IMG/VR virus record: IMGVR_UViG_3300039171_000040
Coordinates: 1 to 64,000 of that record
Length of the DNA stretch: 64,000 nt
Strand: one strand, 5' to 3'
Origin: an uncultured virus (IMG/VR IMGVR_UViG_3300039171_000040)
Taxonomy: Duplodnaviria; Heunggongvirae; Uroviricota; Caudoviricetes
The number at the start of each line of letters is the position of its first letter. Position 1 is the first letter of the stretch. The notes under the pieces are model-generated. The model did not search any database. It worked only from the letters and a program-made list of their open reading frames with translations, and was not told where the DNA came from. This document shows, in pieces, positions 10,106 to 19,069 of this stretch. The position numbers and the translations under genes are program-made.

Positions 10106-11431
10106 TCAGAACGAAAGAACGAAACGAATTTCCTCAGATTGGTTCAAACCCCTTGTAATCTTCTCTCTAGTAGAACCGTAAAGAAGCTCACCAGACAAAG
10201 ACTTAATACTTGAGGATGCAACAACTGCGGTTGTAATAGGTAAGCTTTCATCCGAAAAAACACCAAATATTTGTGTTGTGTTGTATGTCTGAGATTCTAC
10301 GTTTTCGTTTTGTGTAAATGACCCTGTTACATTAGAAAGGTATACATAGTTTTTGTTTTGATCAACAGAAACTATCGTCCCCTCTGCTGTTGATTTCTGC
10401 CCAACAATGGTTTCGTTTGGTTGATAAAAAGAAACATCACCCAGCGCCAAAACAACACCTGTTTCACTTGCAAGCTTAGGAACTGATAAAATGCCTGCTT
10501 TTCTGTAGTTGATACCCGTAGGCAAAATCCCACCTTCGTCACCTTCAAACACAACTCGAATCATCTTGTAGATAGAACCAAGCTCAGACCTCGCATCATG
10601 ACCGTGGCCGTTGATTGGTGACACTACTGGTACAACGGTAGCGCCTACGCCATCCCCGTTGCTGGAAACCACCACAGAGGCTTGTGAGTAACCAGAACCT
10701 ACGTCAGTGACTGTGATAGATTCAATAAGGCCAGTAGCATCATTAATTTGTGCAATCGCTGTTGCACCGCTGCCATTTCCGGTTATCTGAATAGTTGGTG
10801 GATTGGAACTGGTATAGTTAGCACCACTACCCGTGACATAGATGTGGTCAATAGTACCCTCAACAGAAGATTGCTGAACCAACCATTGACTTGATCCGTT
10901 ATTTGTATAAAGTGTATAACATGGAATCCAGCTTGGTGTCATATAAGAAAACGCATCTGGTGAACGAACAGTATACATATACTTCCACAAATACCCATCA
11001 GGAGTTTGAAATGTGTTGATGGTTGTACCAGAAGGTTTTATAGTAGACACATTTCTGTAGTTATTAGAAATACACTTATAAACATTAAACTCATCTGTAA
11101 TAACATAAAACTTATAAGCTTCGCCTGTGTCTGGATTGTTTTCGTCAATTAAATTTACGTCATCTCTGTACTCATCAAACACAACACTGTCTTGCCAGTC
11201 AATTCTAGGAAGAACCGAAATCACGTCAGCGGATTGAATTCTTTTCGCACCAATCAGTTCATCGTAAAGAAATACTTTATCTAAAACAGAATCTGTAATG
11301 CTTGGCGGTGCATTTTCATCTGCCCATTCACTTGTACCACCGACAAAAACATAGGTGGGTATGGTTCTTAGATCATTCTGAAAATAATCCGCTGCAACAA
11401 TTCTGTGATCGTTCGTAATTATAGCCGACAT
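10106..11431 (-). CDS. gp8: Baseplate wedge subunit gp8
   Basis: MSAIIT, PRIDW, FYVITDEFNVYKCISN, DGYLWKYMY, R..NQSEEIR motifs. Confidence 0.88.
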   Translation of the reverse strand: MSAIITNDHRIVAADYFQNDLRTIPTYVFVGGTSEWADENAPPSITDSVLDKVFLYDELIGAKRIQSADVISVLPRIDWQDSVVFDEYRDDVNLIDENNPDTGEAYKFYVITDEFNVYKCISNNYRNVSTIKPSGTTINTFQTPDGYLWKYMYTVRSPDAFSYMTPSWIPCYTLYTNNGSSQWLVQQSSVEGTIDHIYVTGSGANYTSSNPPTIQITGNGSGATAIAQINDATGLIESITVTDVGSGYSQASVVVSSNGDGVGATVVPVVSPINGHGHDARSELGSIYKMIRVVFEGDEGGILPTGINYRKAGILSVPKLASETGVVLALGDVSFYQPNETIVGQKSTAEGTIVSVDQNKNYVYLSNVTGSFTQNENVESQTYNTTQIFGVFSDESLPITTAVVASSSIKSLSGELLYGSTREKITRGLNQSEEIRFVLSF

Positions 11432-11464
11432 TTTTCGATATTCCTTATGTTTCTCTATATCACT

Positions 11465-11691
11465 CTATTTAGTAACATTATCATGTTCATCATTTTCCAT
11501 CCAAGGAAAATGATGAACAAACAAATTTTCTCGTGTCAGTGTGCGAACCACACAAGTCTGAAATGATTGATGCGATTAGACTTATCGGCTGGTGATTTCT
11601 TTGCACGAATAAAAACGTGAAAAATGAACAAAATCCCAATCAATGATGGGATTAAAAATATTCCTAATAGGAATGTAATAAGAATTACCAT
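11465..11691 (-). pseudogene. Small membrane protein coupled to pagL, apparently frameshifted
   Basis: ATG overlaps the pagL end. MVILITFLLGIFL..RINHFRLVWFAH* stops after GCACAC; removing 2 nt gives ..WFALTRENLFVHHFPWMENDEHDNVTK*. Confidence 0.45.
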
Positions 11692-12167
11692 GGCGCTTGT
11701 ACCGTATAATTTAGCATAATATAATCTATGCCTGTATTTGGATTGTGAATGCCCGCAGAACTATGATGCACATACTCCACACGTAATACTTCATTAAAGT
11801 CTAAACCAAGACCCAATCGAAAGTTTGTTCTTCCAACAAGTTCACTTCCATCATTATAACTCAAACCCAACCGAACATAAGGCTCAATTCCTTTATATCC
11901 CCATTGTGGCTTAGTTAGATAAGACACAGAATAAATCTGCATTTTATCTTGTTGGCCATTTTTGGTTGAACCATCTTCCATTAGTGATGCTTGAACTTCA
12001 AAGTTATTTTTTTCGTACCCAATCTCACCAATCGCAAGGGAAGAGTTAACAAATGTCTTACCAAGTCCAAGGTGAATAGAATCGGCATTTGACTTCGCTG
12101 AATATCCTGCAAAAATGAGAATAACAACAAAAAGTCCTACTCCAAACGCGGTTTTGTTAAATTTCAT
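11685..12167 (-). CDS. pagL: PagL-like lipid A 3-O-deacylase (outer-membrane beta-barrel)
   Basis: Signal peptide, alternating beta strands, C-terminal VEYVHHSSAGIHNPNTGID matching the PagL H-x-S-N-A-G..P-N-x-G catalytic motif. Confidence 0.8.
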   Translation of the reverse strand: MKFNKTAFGVGLFVVILIFAGYSAKSNADSIHLGLGKTFVNSSLAIGEIGYEKNNFEVQASLMEDGSTKNGQQDKMQIYSVSYLTKPQWGYKGIEPYVRLGLSYNDGSELVGRTNFRLGLGLDFNEVLRVEYVHHSSAGIHNPNTGIDYIMLNYTVQAPW

Positions 12168-12487
12168 AGATTTTTTATTCCGTCTGTGTAAGTTTTCCAA
12201 ATAACTTTGCCTTGTGCGATACCAGAGAGAAGACACTCTTCCATTTCTGCTATCGTGAGTTCTCGCACATCGTTGTTATCCATGACCCAATCTTCGTTCA
12301 AGCCTTCATTGATAGCCATTCTAAGGTTAGCCAAATCTTCTGGGCGCACTTGCACAATTGCCCCGTCTTCTAACGTGTGAGTAATAGCCTTTAGGTCTGC
12401 GTCACGAGTAGTTTTCAAAGCCGTGCGATTAGCTTCTACTTGCTCGGCTGCAAGAACCTCTGCTGATTTAACATTGATTGATCCCAT
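12164..12487 (-). CDS. Tail fibre assembly-like protein (DUF4376-like)
   Basis: Position; LKTTRD..I and W.MDNN pattern; N-terminus paralogous to 15225..15551. Confidence 0.55.
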   Translation of the reverse strand: MGSINVKSAEVLAAEQVEANRTALKTTRDADLKAITHTLEDGAIVQVRPEDLANLRMAINEGLNEDWVMDNNDVRELTIAEMEECLLSGIAQGKVIWKTYTDGIKNL

Positions 12488-12860
12488 TACACAGCCCCTT
12501 GGCGAGTAGTTACTTTAGGTGTACCGCTGAATTCTTTTTCTTGATTCAACTTCACGTACACGGTATCTGGATTGTAGCTTTCGCTGTCCAGTACGTCAGA
12601 TGCTTCCCAATGACCTGAGCCTACGCCTTGGCATAGAGTTACATGTAGCTCCCCAGATTCATCACGGTATGCTTTACGGATGATCTGGCTTGGTGATGTA
12701 TCCAGTGTGTCTACAACAACAGACTGGAACTGAGCACTGGCGACAAGTGAAGACAAGTCGAAGTCTTCCTGTTCACCTTTGCAGAATGCGGTAATAGTCT
12801 CTCCGTTGAATGCGTAATGTGTATGGGCTTACAATACTTTATTACTTTACATTATTTCAT
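12487..12860 (-). pseudogene. 5'-degenerate duplicate of the fibre-accessory gene 15551..15922
   Basis: Near-identical from THYAF onward, but 5' end reads ATG AAA TAA and is out of frame. Confidence 0.7.
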
Positions 12861-12875
12861 AAAACTTACTATTAC

Positions 12876-13352
12876 CTACGTTTTTCTACCACCATAAAAA
12901 TCAGATAAACTTATTTGTCCAGACGTAGGTACATCCTGATTCACAGACGTTGTGGTAGTTGATCCGCTTGAGCGGTAAATACCGTGAGAATTTACGAATA
13001 AAAACTGATTAGACCCGTAAGGCACAGCGTCTTGTTGTCTGAGGGTTCCTTTGTAATACGTCTTACCGTTAATCACAACAGAGCTTAACGTGTTGTCATT
13101 AGACTGATATATTTGTTGGCCTCCCCAAAAAACTATTGTACGATTGTATGCACCGCTCATCAAGCGCCAAGACGTATTACTTCCTATGTAATTTTCACCA
13201 CTAGAAGGCTCTCTTAATACAGTACTTGTTGTAATACTGGCGGGTACGTAAGACCCACCTCTGTAATAATCACCAATGCTTATAGGATTGCCACCACCAA
13301 ACTCTGACTCTATATCCTCAAGACTGATTGAACCTGACGTTTGTAAAGCCAT
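12876..13352 (-). CDS. Tail fibre tip/adhesin-like protein
   Basis: MALQTSGSISL.DI..EFGG..ISIGDYY and SGQISLSDFYG flanks around a variable core; follows the S74 fibre. Confidence 0.6.
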   Translation of the reverse strand: MALQTSGSISLEDIESEFGGGNPISIGDYYRGGSYVPASITTSTVLREPSSGENYIGSNTSWRLMSGAYNRTIVFWGGQQIYQSNDNTLSSVVINGKTYYKGTLRQQDAVPYGSNQFLFVNSHGIYRSSGSTTTTSVNQDVPTSGQISLSDFYGGRKT

Positions 13353-14800
13353 TACCCAATTCTCCGTTTTAGTTCATCAATCTGAGTCTGCTGTTCTTTA
13401 ATGGATTCAATCAACAACCCAATCATGTTTCCGTAAGCAACAGAGTAATGACCTTCTGGATCATTTTCTGTAGGTCCACCAGTCACAGCTTCTGGTAAAA
13501 CCTTAATTACTTCTTGTGCTATTACACCTGTTTGCTTAACTGCTTCACCAGTCATGTCATCTTTGATGTCTGTGCGTTCATACGTGTAACCAGACAACTG
13601 TTTAACTTTGGCTATTGCTTCAGGTATAACATTAATATTTGTCTTTACTCGGATGTCTGAGTAGGCAGTAACGTTACCGCTTGTCCAGATCCCGTCACCC
13701 ATGGCGGCACGAGGAGTGCCACCAGCACACCACACCATCTGATGACCGCCTGCCATTGCACCGCCGGTAGAGTTATCAGTGTGCTTGTAAGCAAGGCCGT
13801 ACAAATCACCAAAGTTTGAACCATCTGCAGGAACACGATACTGGGAACCCATAGACCATATATGGTTTGTTTTCTGGGAGTCATAATCACCGTAAACACC
13901 ATGGTCTCTGTAATTATTTTCGTTTTCAATGTCCCCTCTAAGCCGCAATTTACCGGTCAAGTAATCTGTAGTATCGGACCTTAAAAACTGAGTACTATTA
14001 ACGCCATCAAGTTTATTAGAATCAGCAGCTTTAGCTCCAATAGCCAGATAACGAGCGTCATAGTCGCCCCTGCTGTAGTTGTCTACAGAACCTAAACCTA
14101 CGTCAGCCTTTGTTGTTTCTGTTTCATCTGTGAATAATGCTTCATTCTCTGCATTTGTTCTGATTTGTGAAGGATTAACACCCATGTCAACAAAAGCAGC
14201 ACTACCAACATCAGTTTCAGATAAGAATAAAGTTTCATTTTGCGTGTTTGTTCTGATTTGTGAAGCACTAACCCCCATGTCAACAAGTGCAGCCGTTCCC
14301 AATTCGTCTAACGTGAGTGATGACTTGAACCACACAGCCGCACCATTGGTTGCATCAAGACATAAAAAGTATTCGTTGTTTGATGTATTGACCCAACGTG
14401 AAAATGCTGCATACCCTTCTGAGGTATCGTTGTTAACCGTTGGATCAGAAGTAGCAGAAAGATTATTCTTAACACCCAAAGCATTAAGAGCTTCTTCAAC
14501 ATTGCTTGCACTCAAATTAGCATTGGAATAAACAATATCCGAAGCGTCATGCGCTGTAGTTGAGGCAATATGCTCATTAGACTCAACACCCAAAGCATTA
14601 AGAGCTTCTTCAACATTACTTGCACTCAAATTAGCATTGGAATAAACAATATCAGAAGCATCATGAGCTGTGGTTGATGCAATATGCTCATTAGACTCAA
14701 CAATAACATATTTCAGTTCTTGAAAATTAGTATCAAGTTCCTCATAATAAAGAGGTCGCCCAATATCAATTCTTAATGTTACGTTTGATGGTGTTGACAT
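13352..14800 (-). CDS. Tail fibre with C-terminal peptidase S74 intramolecular chaperone
   Basis: AYSDIRVKTNI, GVIAQEV..VLPEAV, SVAYGNMIGLLIESIKE motifs; ADSNKLDG..S.QFLRSD; late promoter at 14832-14839. Confidence 0.9.
   Translation of the reverse strand: MSTPSNVTLRIDIGRPLYYEELDTNFQELKYVIVESNEHIASTTAHDASDIVYSNANLSASNVEEALNALGVESNEHIASTTAHDASDIVYSNANLSASNVEEALNALGVKNNLSATSDPTVNNDTSEGYAAFSRWVNTSNNEYFLCLDATNGAAVWFKSSLTLDELGTAALVDMGVSASQIRTNTQNETLFLSETDVGSAAFVDMGVNPSQIRTNAENEALFTDETETTKADVGLGSVDNYSRGDYDARYLAIGAKAADSNKLDGVNSTQFLRSDTTDYLTGKLRLRGDIENENNYRDHGVYGDYDSQKTNHIWSMGSQYRVPADGSNFGDLYGLAYKHTDNSTGGAMAGGHQMVWCAGGTPRAAMGDGIWTSGNVTAYSDIRVKTNINVIPEAIAKVKQLSGYTYERTDIKDDMTGEAVKQTGVIAQEVIKVLPEAVTGGPTENDPEGHYSVAYGNMIGLLIESIKEQQTQIDELKRRIG
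14471..14698. repeat. Two-copy 114-bp tandem repeat (38 aa) in fibre N-terminus
   Basis: ESNEHIASTTAHDASDIVYSNANLSASNVEEALNALGV x2; copies start at 14471 and 14585. Confidence 0.95.
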
Positions 14801-14844
14801 ATCTATTCTCTATCCTTTATGTTCATACACTTATTTATAACGAA

Positions 14845-15141
14845 TTATGTATAGTAATATAAAACAGCAAAAAATAAGCATGTTAATGTTGGTACAATAA
14901 CATCAAGCAATGAATCTCTTGACCAACCTTTAACAAGTCCTTCATGCCACTTCACAGGTTTAACTTCACCCCATAACCAGCCACGGGTTATAGCCAATTT
15001 GTATTCATGCTGTGCTATCTCACGCCCCAATAGAAGAGCGATAGCAATTGAACCGGATGCCCATAGCCCAAACACAGGCCATAGGCACAATTGAATAATA
15101 ACCGCAATGACAGAGTGTTCTGCGTGTGTTTTATTCAGCAT
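14845..15141 (-). CDS. Small multi-TM membrane protein in the fibre module
   Basis: Hydrophobic segments, GREIAQHE motif; probable start MLNKTH with GAGGA RBS. Confidence 0.6.
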   Translation of the reverse strand: MLNKTHAEHSVIAVIIQLCLWPVFGLWASGSIAIALLLGREIAQHEYKLAITRGWLWGEVKPVKWHEGLVKGWSRDSLLDVIVPTLTCLFFAVLYYYT

Positions 15142-15224
15142 CGTGTATATCCTCAAACGTGACTTGATCAGGAAAGCTATAACACACAGGCGCAACACCA
15201 CCCGCGTATATCCGAATAGGCGTA

Positions 15225-15551
15225 CTAGGCTGTGGGCCACACAAATACAGGCAAATCTGCAAGCAACTCATCGACTGTCGGAATAGCCCGCGCTCCACTC
15301 TCAACATCGGCAAGAATGGCATAACCCTTGGCCCATACTTCATCACGCCATGACACGCCAGCCTGACCCTCGGCGGAGAACTTTGCGGCGGTTGATGTGG
15401 CATAGGTGCATAGGCTCAAGATGCTGTCGTAGCCTCTCTCCTTGGCCGTCTCGTCAAGCATGGACTGGATAGCTGAGGTAAGCCGAGACTTGGTAGAAGC
15501 CAGGAACTCTTCCTGAATTACGGCTGCGCTTTTTACGTTTACTTGGCCCAT
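15225..15551 (-). CDS. Tail fibre assembly/chaperone protein
   Basis: [37 protein letters not shown]...WP pattern. Confidence 0.75.
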   Translation of the reverse strand: MGQVNVKSAAVIQEEFLASTKSRLTSAIQSMLDETAKERGYDSILSLCTYATSTAAKFSAEGQAGVSWRDEVWAKGYAILADVESGARAIPTVDELLADLPVFVWPTA

Positions 15552-15922
15552 TACATGGCCCCTTGGCGAGTCGTTACTTTAGGTGTACCACTGAATGCTT
15601 TCTCTTGATTCAGCTTTACGTACACGGTATCTGGATTGTAGCTTTCGCTGTCTAGCTCGTCAGAGGCTTCCCAATGACCTGAGCCTACGCCTTGGCATAG
15701 GGTTACATGCAACTCCCCAGATTCATCACGATACGCTTTACGGATAACCTGACTTGGTGACGTATCCAGTGTGTCTACAACAACGGATTGAAACTCTGCA
15801 CTGGCGACAAGTGAAGACAAGTCGAAGTCTTCTTGTTCACCTTTGCAGAATGCAGTAATAGTCTCACCACTGAAAGCGTAATGAGTTACGGGTGTGCCTG
15901 TTGGGATTACTGTGATTTTCAT
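15551..15922 (-). CDS. Tail fibre accessory protein
   Basis: Directly after the fibre gene; AAGGA RBS; duplicated at 12487-12820. Confidence 0.65.
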   Translation of the reverse strand: MKITVIPTGTPVTHYAFSGETITAFCKGEQEDFDLSSLVASAEFQSVVVDTLDTSPSQVIRKAYRDESGELHVTLCQGVGSGHWEASDELDSESYNPDTVYVKLNQEKAFSGTPKVTTRQGAM

Positions 15923-15946
15923 AGTGTATTCCTTATGTTTGTTTGT

Positions 15947-17371
15947 TTATTTCCAGCGGCCAATGACATTGATATTATAAACCCAAGACAGTGTACCGCC
16001 GGGGTAGGTGGCATTAGATACCCATCTAGCCTTAAATTCGTTTGATTGCGTAGTGGTTACTTCACCCGCACCCATGTTGATTGAATGGTGTTCTGTCCAA
16101 GTACCGACAATAGTACAGACTGAACTAATATCCGCTGCGGTAATAAAAGTGGAGGGCCAAGAAAACGTATTGACAATGGTTCCATTAGTATATGGAGTAA
16201 CAATTTGGGTAGCAGTTATACCACATAGCATTGTCCCATCAGCCCACCGAGTCCACTCCCCATCCGCATTACTCCCACTCTCAACAATAGGATCGCCGCC
16301 GACTTGTGGCATGGCTGTGAAGTTGGCAGCTGCGCCACCGGCTATGGCCGCCTTGTCGTCAAGCAACCCGTCAACTTCTGTTTCAGTGTAGGTTGTGGCT
16401 TGGTCGGCCTTGGCGTNNNNNNNNNNGAAGTTGGCGGATGCGCCACCGGCTAACGAGGGTATTTCTTGCCAGTCCGAATAAGAGCCATTGCCCCCTGTGT
16501 TTGAAGGGTTGCCACTGCGTTGCCACAACCTGCCAGTAAAATTACTTACTATTTGAAGTATCGTGTCCCCACCTCTTGACACTATCAATTGGCCGTAATT
16601 AGCCCCAGATGGTAAATTTGCGTTTTCTTGAACTCTATAAAAGCCGCTTTTTACGAGGGTGTCTACATCGTCAGTTGTTGAACCAAAATCAACAGCAGCC
16701 TCAGATGAAAATTTAGAAATATTAGAATTGACAACATCAAGTTCTTCTTGTAATGTGTTTCCCCCCTCAACTCCTATTAGAGAAGCGCCTTCTTGTGGTG
16801 CAGAAGAAGCAAGAATTTCTGCAAAAGCACCAACATCAATACCAACCCATGCATCATTACGAAACGAATTCAGTGACTGTGTGGTGGTGTTAAAATACAA
16901 CGCGCCTGCAAGTATTGCATCACCATTGTTGTCGGTTGTTGGTTCAGATGATTTAGCGCCAAGATATTTGGTATCAAAATCGTCATATAAAGCAGCCACA
17001 AAATCACGAATAACAATGCTTTCTTCTTTGTGATCAAAAGCTAACAATTCACTATCTAACGCATTACTAGCTGATAGTATAGCTTGGTCTGTAAGTGTGG
17101 TTACTTGTTGAATCGAATCTTTAACATCTAAAAATTCAATGACGGATGAGTAGCTTCTTGATCCTGCCGTAATAAGCAGATCATATACTCCATCAACAGC
17201 AGCAAAAGCGATTTTACCACTAGCACCAGACACAATTGGATTGGTAATTGAGTTTCCATCAATATCGAATATGGATATCGGTGTTTGTGTCCCTTGTACA
17301 TACACAGAAGCAGATGCGCTTGCAACTGTGTTTCCTGATTCGTCTTGTGCGAAGAATGTTCTAAACTGCAT
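15947..17371 (-). CDS. Tail fibre protein (contains a 10-N assembly gap)
   Basis: YLGAKSS.PT.DN.G.A...GALYFNT, knob-like SGFYRV..NLP domain, and C-terminal IVESGSNADGEWTRWADGTM.C...IGRWK tip. Confidence 0.85.
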   Translation of the reverse strand: MQFRTFFAQDESGNTVASASASVYVQGTQTPISIFDIDGNSITNPIVSGASGKIAFAAVDGVYDLLITAGSRSYSSVIEFLDVKDSIQQVTTLTDQAILSASNALDSELLAFDHKEESIVIRDFVAALYDDFDTKYLGAKSSEPTTDNNGDAILAGALYFNTTTQSLNSFRNDAWVGIDVGAFAEILASSAPQEGASLIGVEGGNTLQEELDVVNSNISKFSSEAAVDFGSTTDDVDTLVKSGFYRVQENANLPSGANYGQLIVSRGGDTILQIVSNFTGRLWQRSGNPSNTGGNGSYSDWQEIPSLAGGASANFXXXXAKADQATTYTETEVDGLLDDKAAIAGGAAANFTAMPQVGGDPIVESGSNADGEWTRWADGTMLCGITATQIVTPYTNGTIVNTFSWPSTFITAADISSVCTIVGTWTEHHSINMGAGEVTTTQSNEFKARWVSNATYPGGTLSWVYNINVIGRWK

Positions 17372-17386
17372 TTTTATATCCTACGT

Positions 17387-19066
17387 TTAAGAAACAATGA
17401 TTGTATCAAAGTTAATGATCAATGATCGTGGAGTTCTTATAGATGTATACCCAGTTTCAAAATATTGTATACCGCTTTCTGTTTCTTCTGTGTATTCTTG
17501 AGGTACGTAAAGAAAATAATCAGCAGCATTTGATTTACTCATCCACCCTTTCTTGTTTGGGTATTCATAGCTTGCAATACGATCTGCTAAGAATTTCGAC
17601 TCAAGATCATAACCAGATTCACCGTTCAAATAATCCTGATCCAGTGCGTCAAAGAAAGACTGTCGATACAATCTAATAGAAGCTTTGTCCTTAAACCTAT
17701 TTATAAAGTTATAATTGCCACCCAAACCATATTTAGGTAAAAGTGTTTGAACTGTGTTAGGAATTTCAATGTCATCTTGATATTGTAAAATCAATTCAAT
17801 AACACTGAGATAGCTCAACTGACCAAACAACAAGAAACCCGCTGGATGCAAGACTTGTTTTACGATGTCTGCATATGCCAAGAAATCTTGTTGTGTTCTA
17901 ATAGCGTAAGAATAGTTCTGGTAAAAGAAGCTATCTTGAATATACATGTTAGAGGATAACTGACCTTTGGTTCCGCTGTAATATCCTTTAACAGACTTGA
18001 CAAGACCAAAGTGTGGTGTCCCTGAAAAAGAACTACTTGACACATCAGTAGAAAGAGTGTACGTGTCATTTTTTCCAATCGGTAAATCTAGGATGTCAAC
18101 TGTTTTCACACCCTGTGATTCATCTATGCTGTCAATAACGATATACCCCTGATAAGCAGGTATAACCACTTTTATTTCATCCGATTGACTAATATCATCA
18201 CTGACAATAAATCGACCATCGTAAAGATAGTTGATCGTGGCCACATCGTTAATATACACGGTCGCATCGTTTTTGTTGAAGAATGAAGTTATTCTTGTGT
18301 CAAAAGAACCATCTACGTTAGCCAATCTAACAACTTCGTTGGTGGTCATTCCATCAATAAGGATTCTTTGGCCGATTTGGTGGCCACTTCCTGAATCTGT
18401 GATGTCAACATTGTTGACAACAGGGATAAGCCATTCACTAGCACCAAGTTCTGTCTCAATTGGGAACCCCTCTTTAAACTCTCCACTGATCCCTGAGAGC
18501 GTCAGTTCAGTTACCACGTATCGACCTACATATCTTGTCTTAACACCCTGCACAGAAGCTGTGGCAACCTCTACGATGTCTTGATAGATAGGGCGTGTCT
18601 GAGTTATCAATTGGAATTGGAATTGTTCAAAGTTATTGGCATTGAACGTGACGTAAATCAAAGATTCGCCAGAATTCCACTCACCGTCACTGGTTTTCAG
18701 AATGTTGTCTTTTGGAACGTACATTTCTGTAGTTTGTTCGTTAAACAAAGTCTTGAACAAAAACTTATAAGACTCATGGGAACCACGAGCCAAGTTAAAA
18801 TCTTTTGACCACTTGATGAACAATTCTTTATCCAACAACACACTATCAGGAATATCAGTAAGATATTCGTTTTTCATGTGTTCTACATAAGAATCCAGCG
18901 TCTTTTCAAAAGCCATGTAATCAAGGTGATCCCTAATATTTGCATAGGGATTTTCATCTTGTGACAACCACTCATAATACGCGGCGATAAAGTCTAAGAA
19001 CCTTGGATAGCTCTCAACAATATGACTGGGTATTTGTGATAAAATGTTATCTTTTATACTAGGCAT
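17387..19066 (-). CDS. gp7: Baseplate wedge subunit (gp7-like)
   Basis: YPRF.DF..AYYEWL, RGSHESYKFLF, IQDSFFYQNYSY and HPAG motifs. Confidence 0.8.
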   Translation of the reverse strand: MPSIKDNILSQIPSHIVESYPRFLDFIAAYYEWLSQDENPYANIRDHLDYMAFEKTLDSYVEHMKNEYLTDIPDSVLLDKELFIKWSKDFNLARGSHESYKFLFKTLFNEQTTEMYVPKDNILKTSDGEWNSGESLIYVTFNANNFEQFQFQLITQTRPIYQDIVEVATASVQGVKTRYVGRYVVTELTLSGISGEFKEGFPIETELGASEWLIPVVNNVDITDSGSGHQIGQRILIDGMTTNEVVRLANVDGSFDTRITSFFNKNDATVYINDVATINYLYDGRFIVSDDISQSDEIKVVIPAYQGYIVIDSIDESQGVKTVDILDLPIGKNDTYTLSTDVSSSSFSGTPHFGLVKSVKGYYSGTKGQLSSNMYIQDSFFYQNYSYAIRTQQDFLAYADIVKQVLHPAGFLLFGQLSYLSVIELILQYQDDIEIPNTVQTLLPKYGLGGNYNFINRFKDKASIRLYRQSFFDALDQDYLNGESGYDLESKFLADRIASYEYPNKKGWMSKSNAADYFLYVPQEYTEETESGIQYFETGYTSIRTPRSLIINFDTIIVS

Positions 19067-19069
19067 GTA

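Noticed and set aside
12487..15922. Duplicated fibre-accessory region as a DGR template/variable repeat or shufflon
   Set aside because: Differences are mostly synonymous and not adenine-specific, the repeats are direct, and no reverse transcriptase or invertase is present.
16417..16426. Run of 10 N
   Set aside because: Assembly gap, not biology; the true length and fibre reading frame across it are uncertain.
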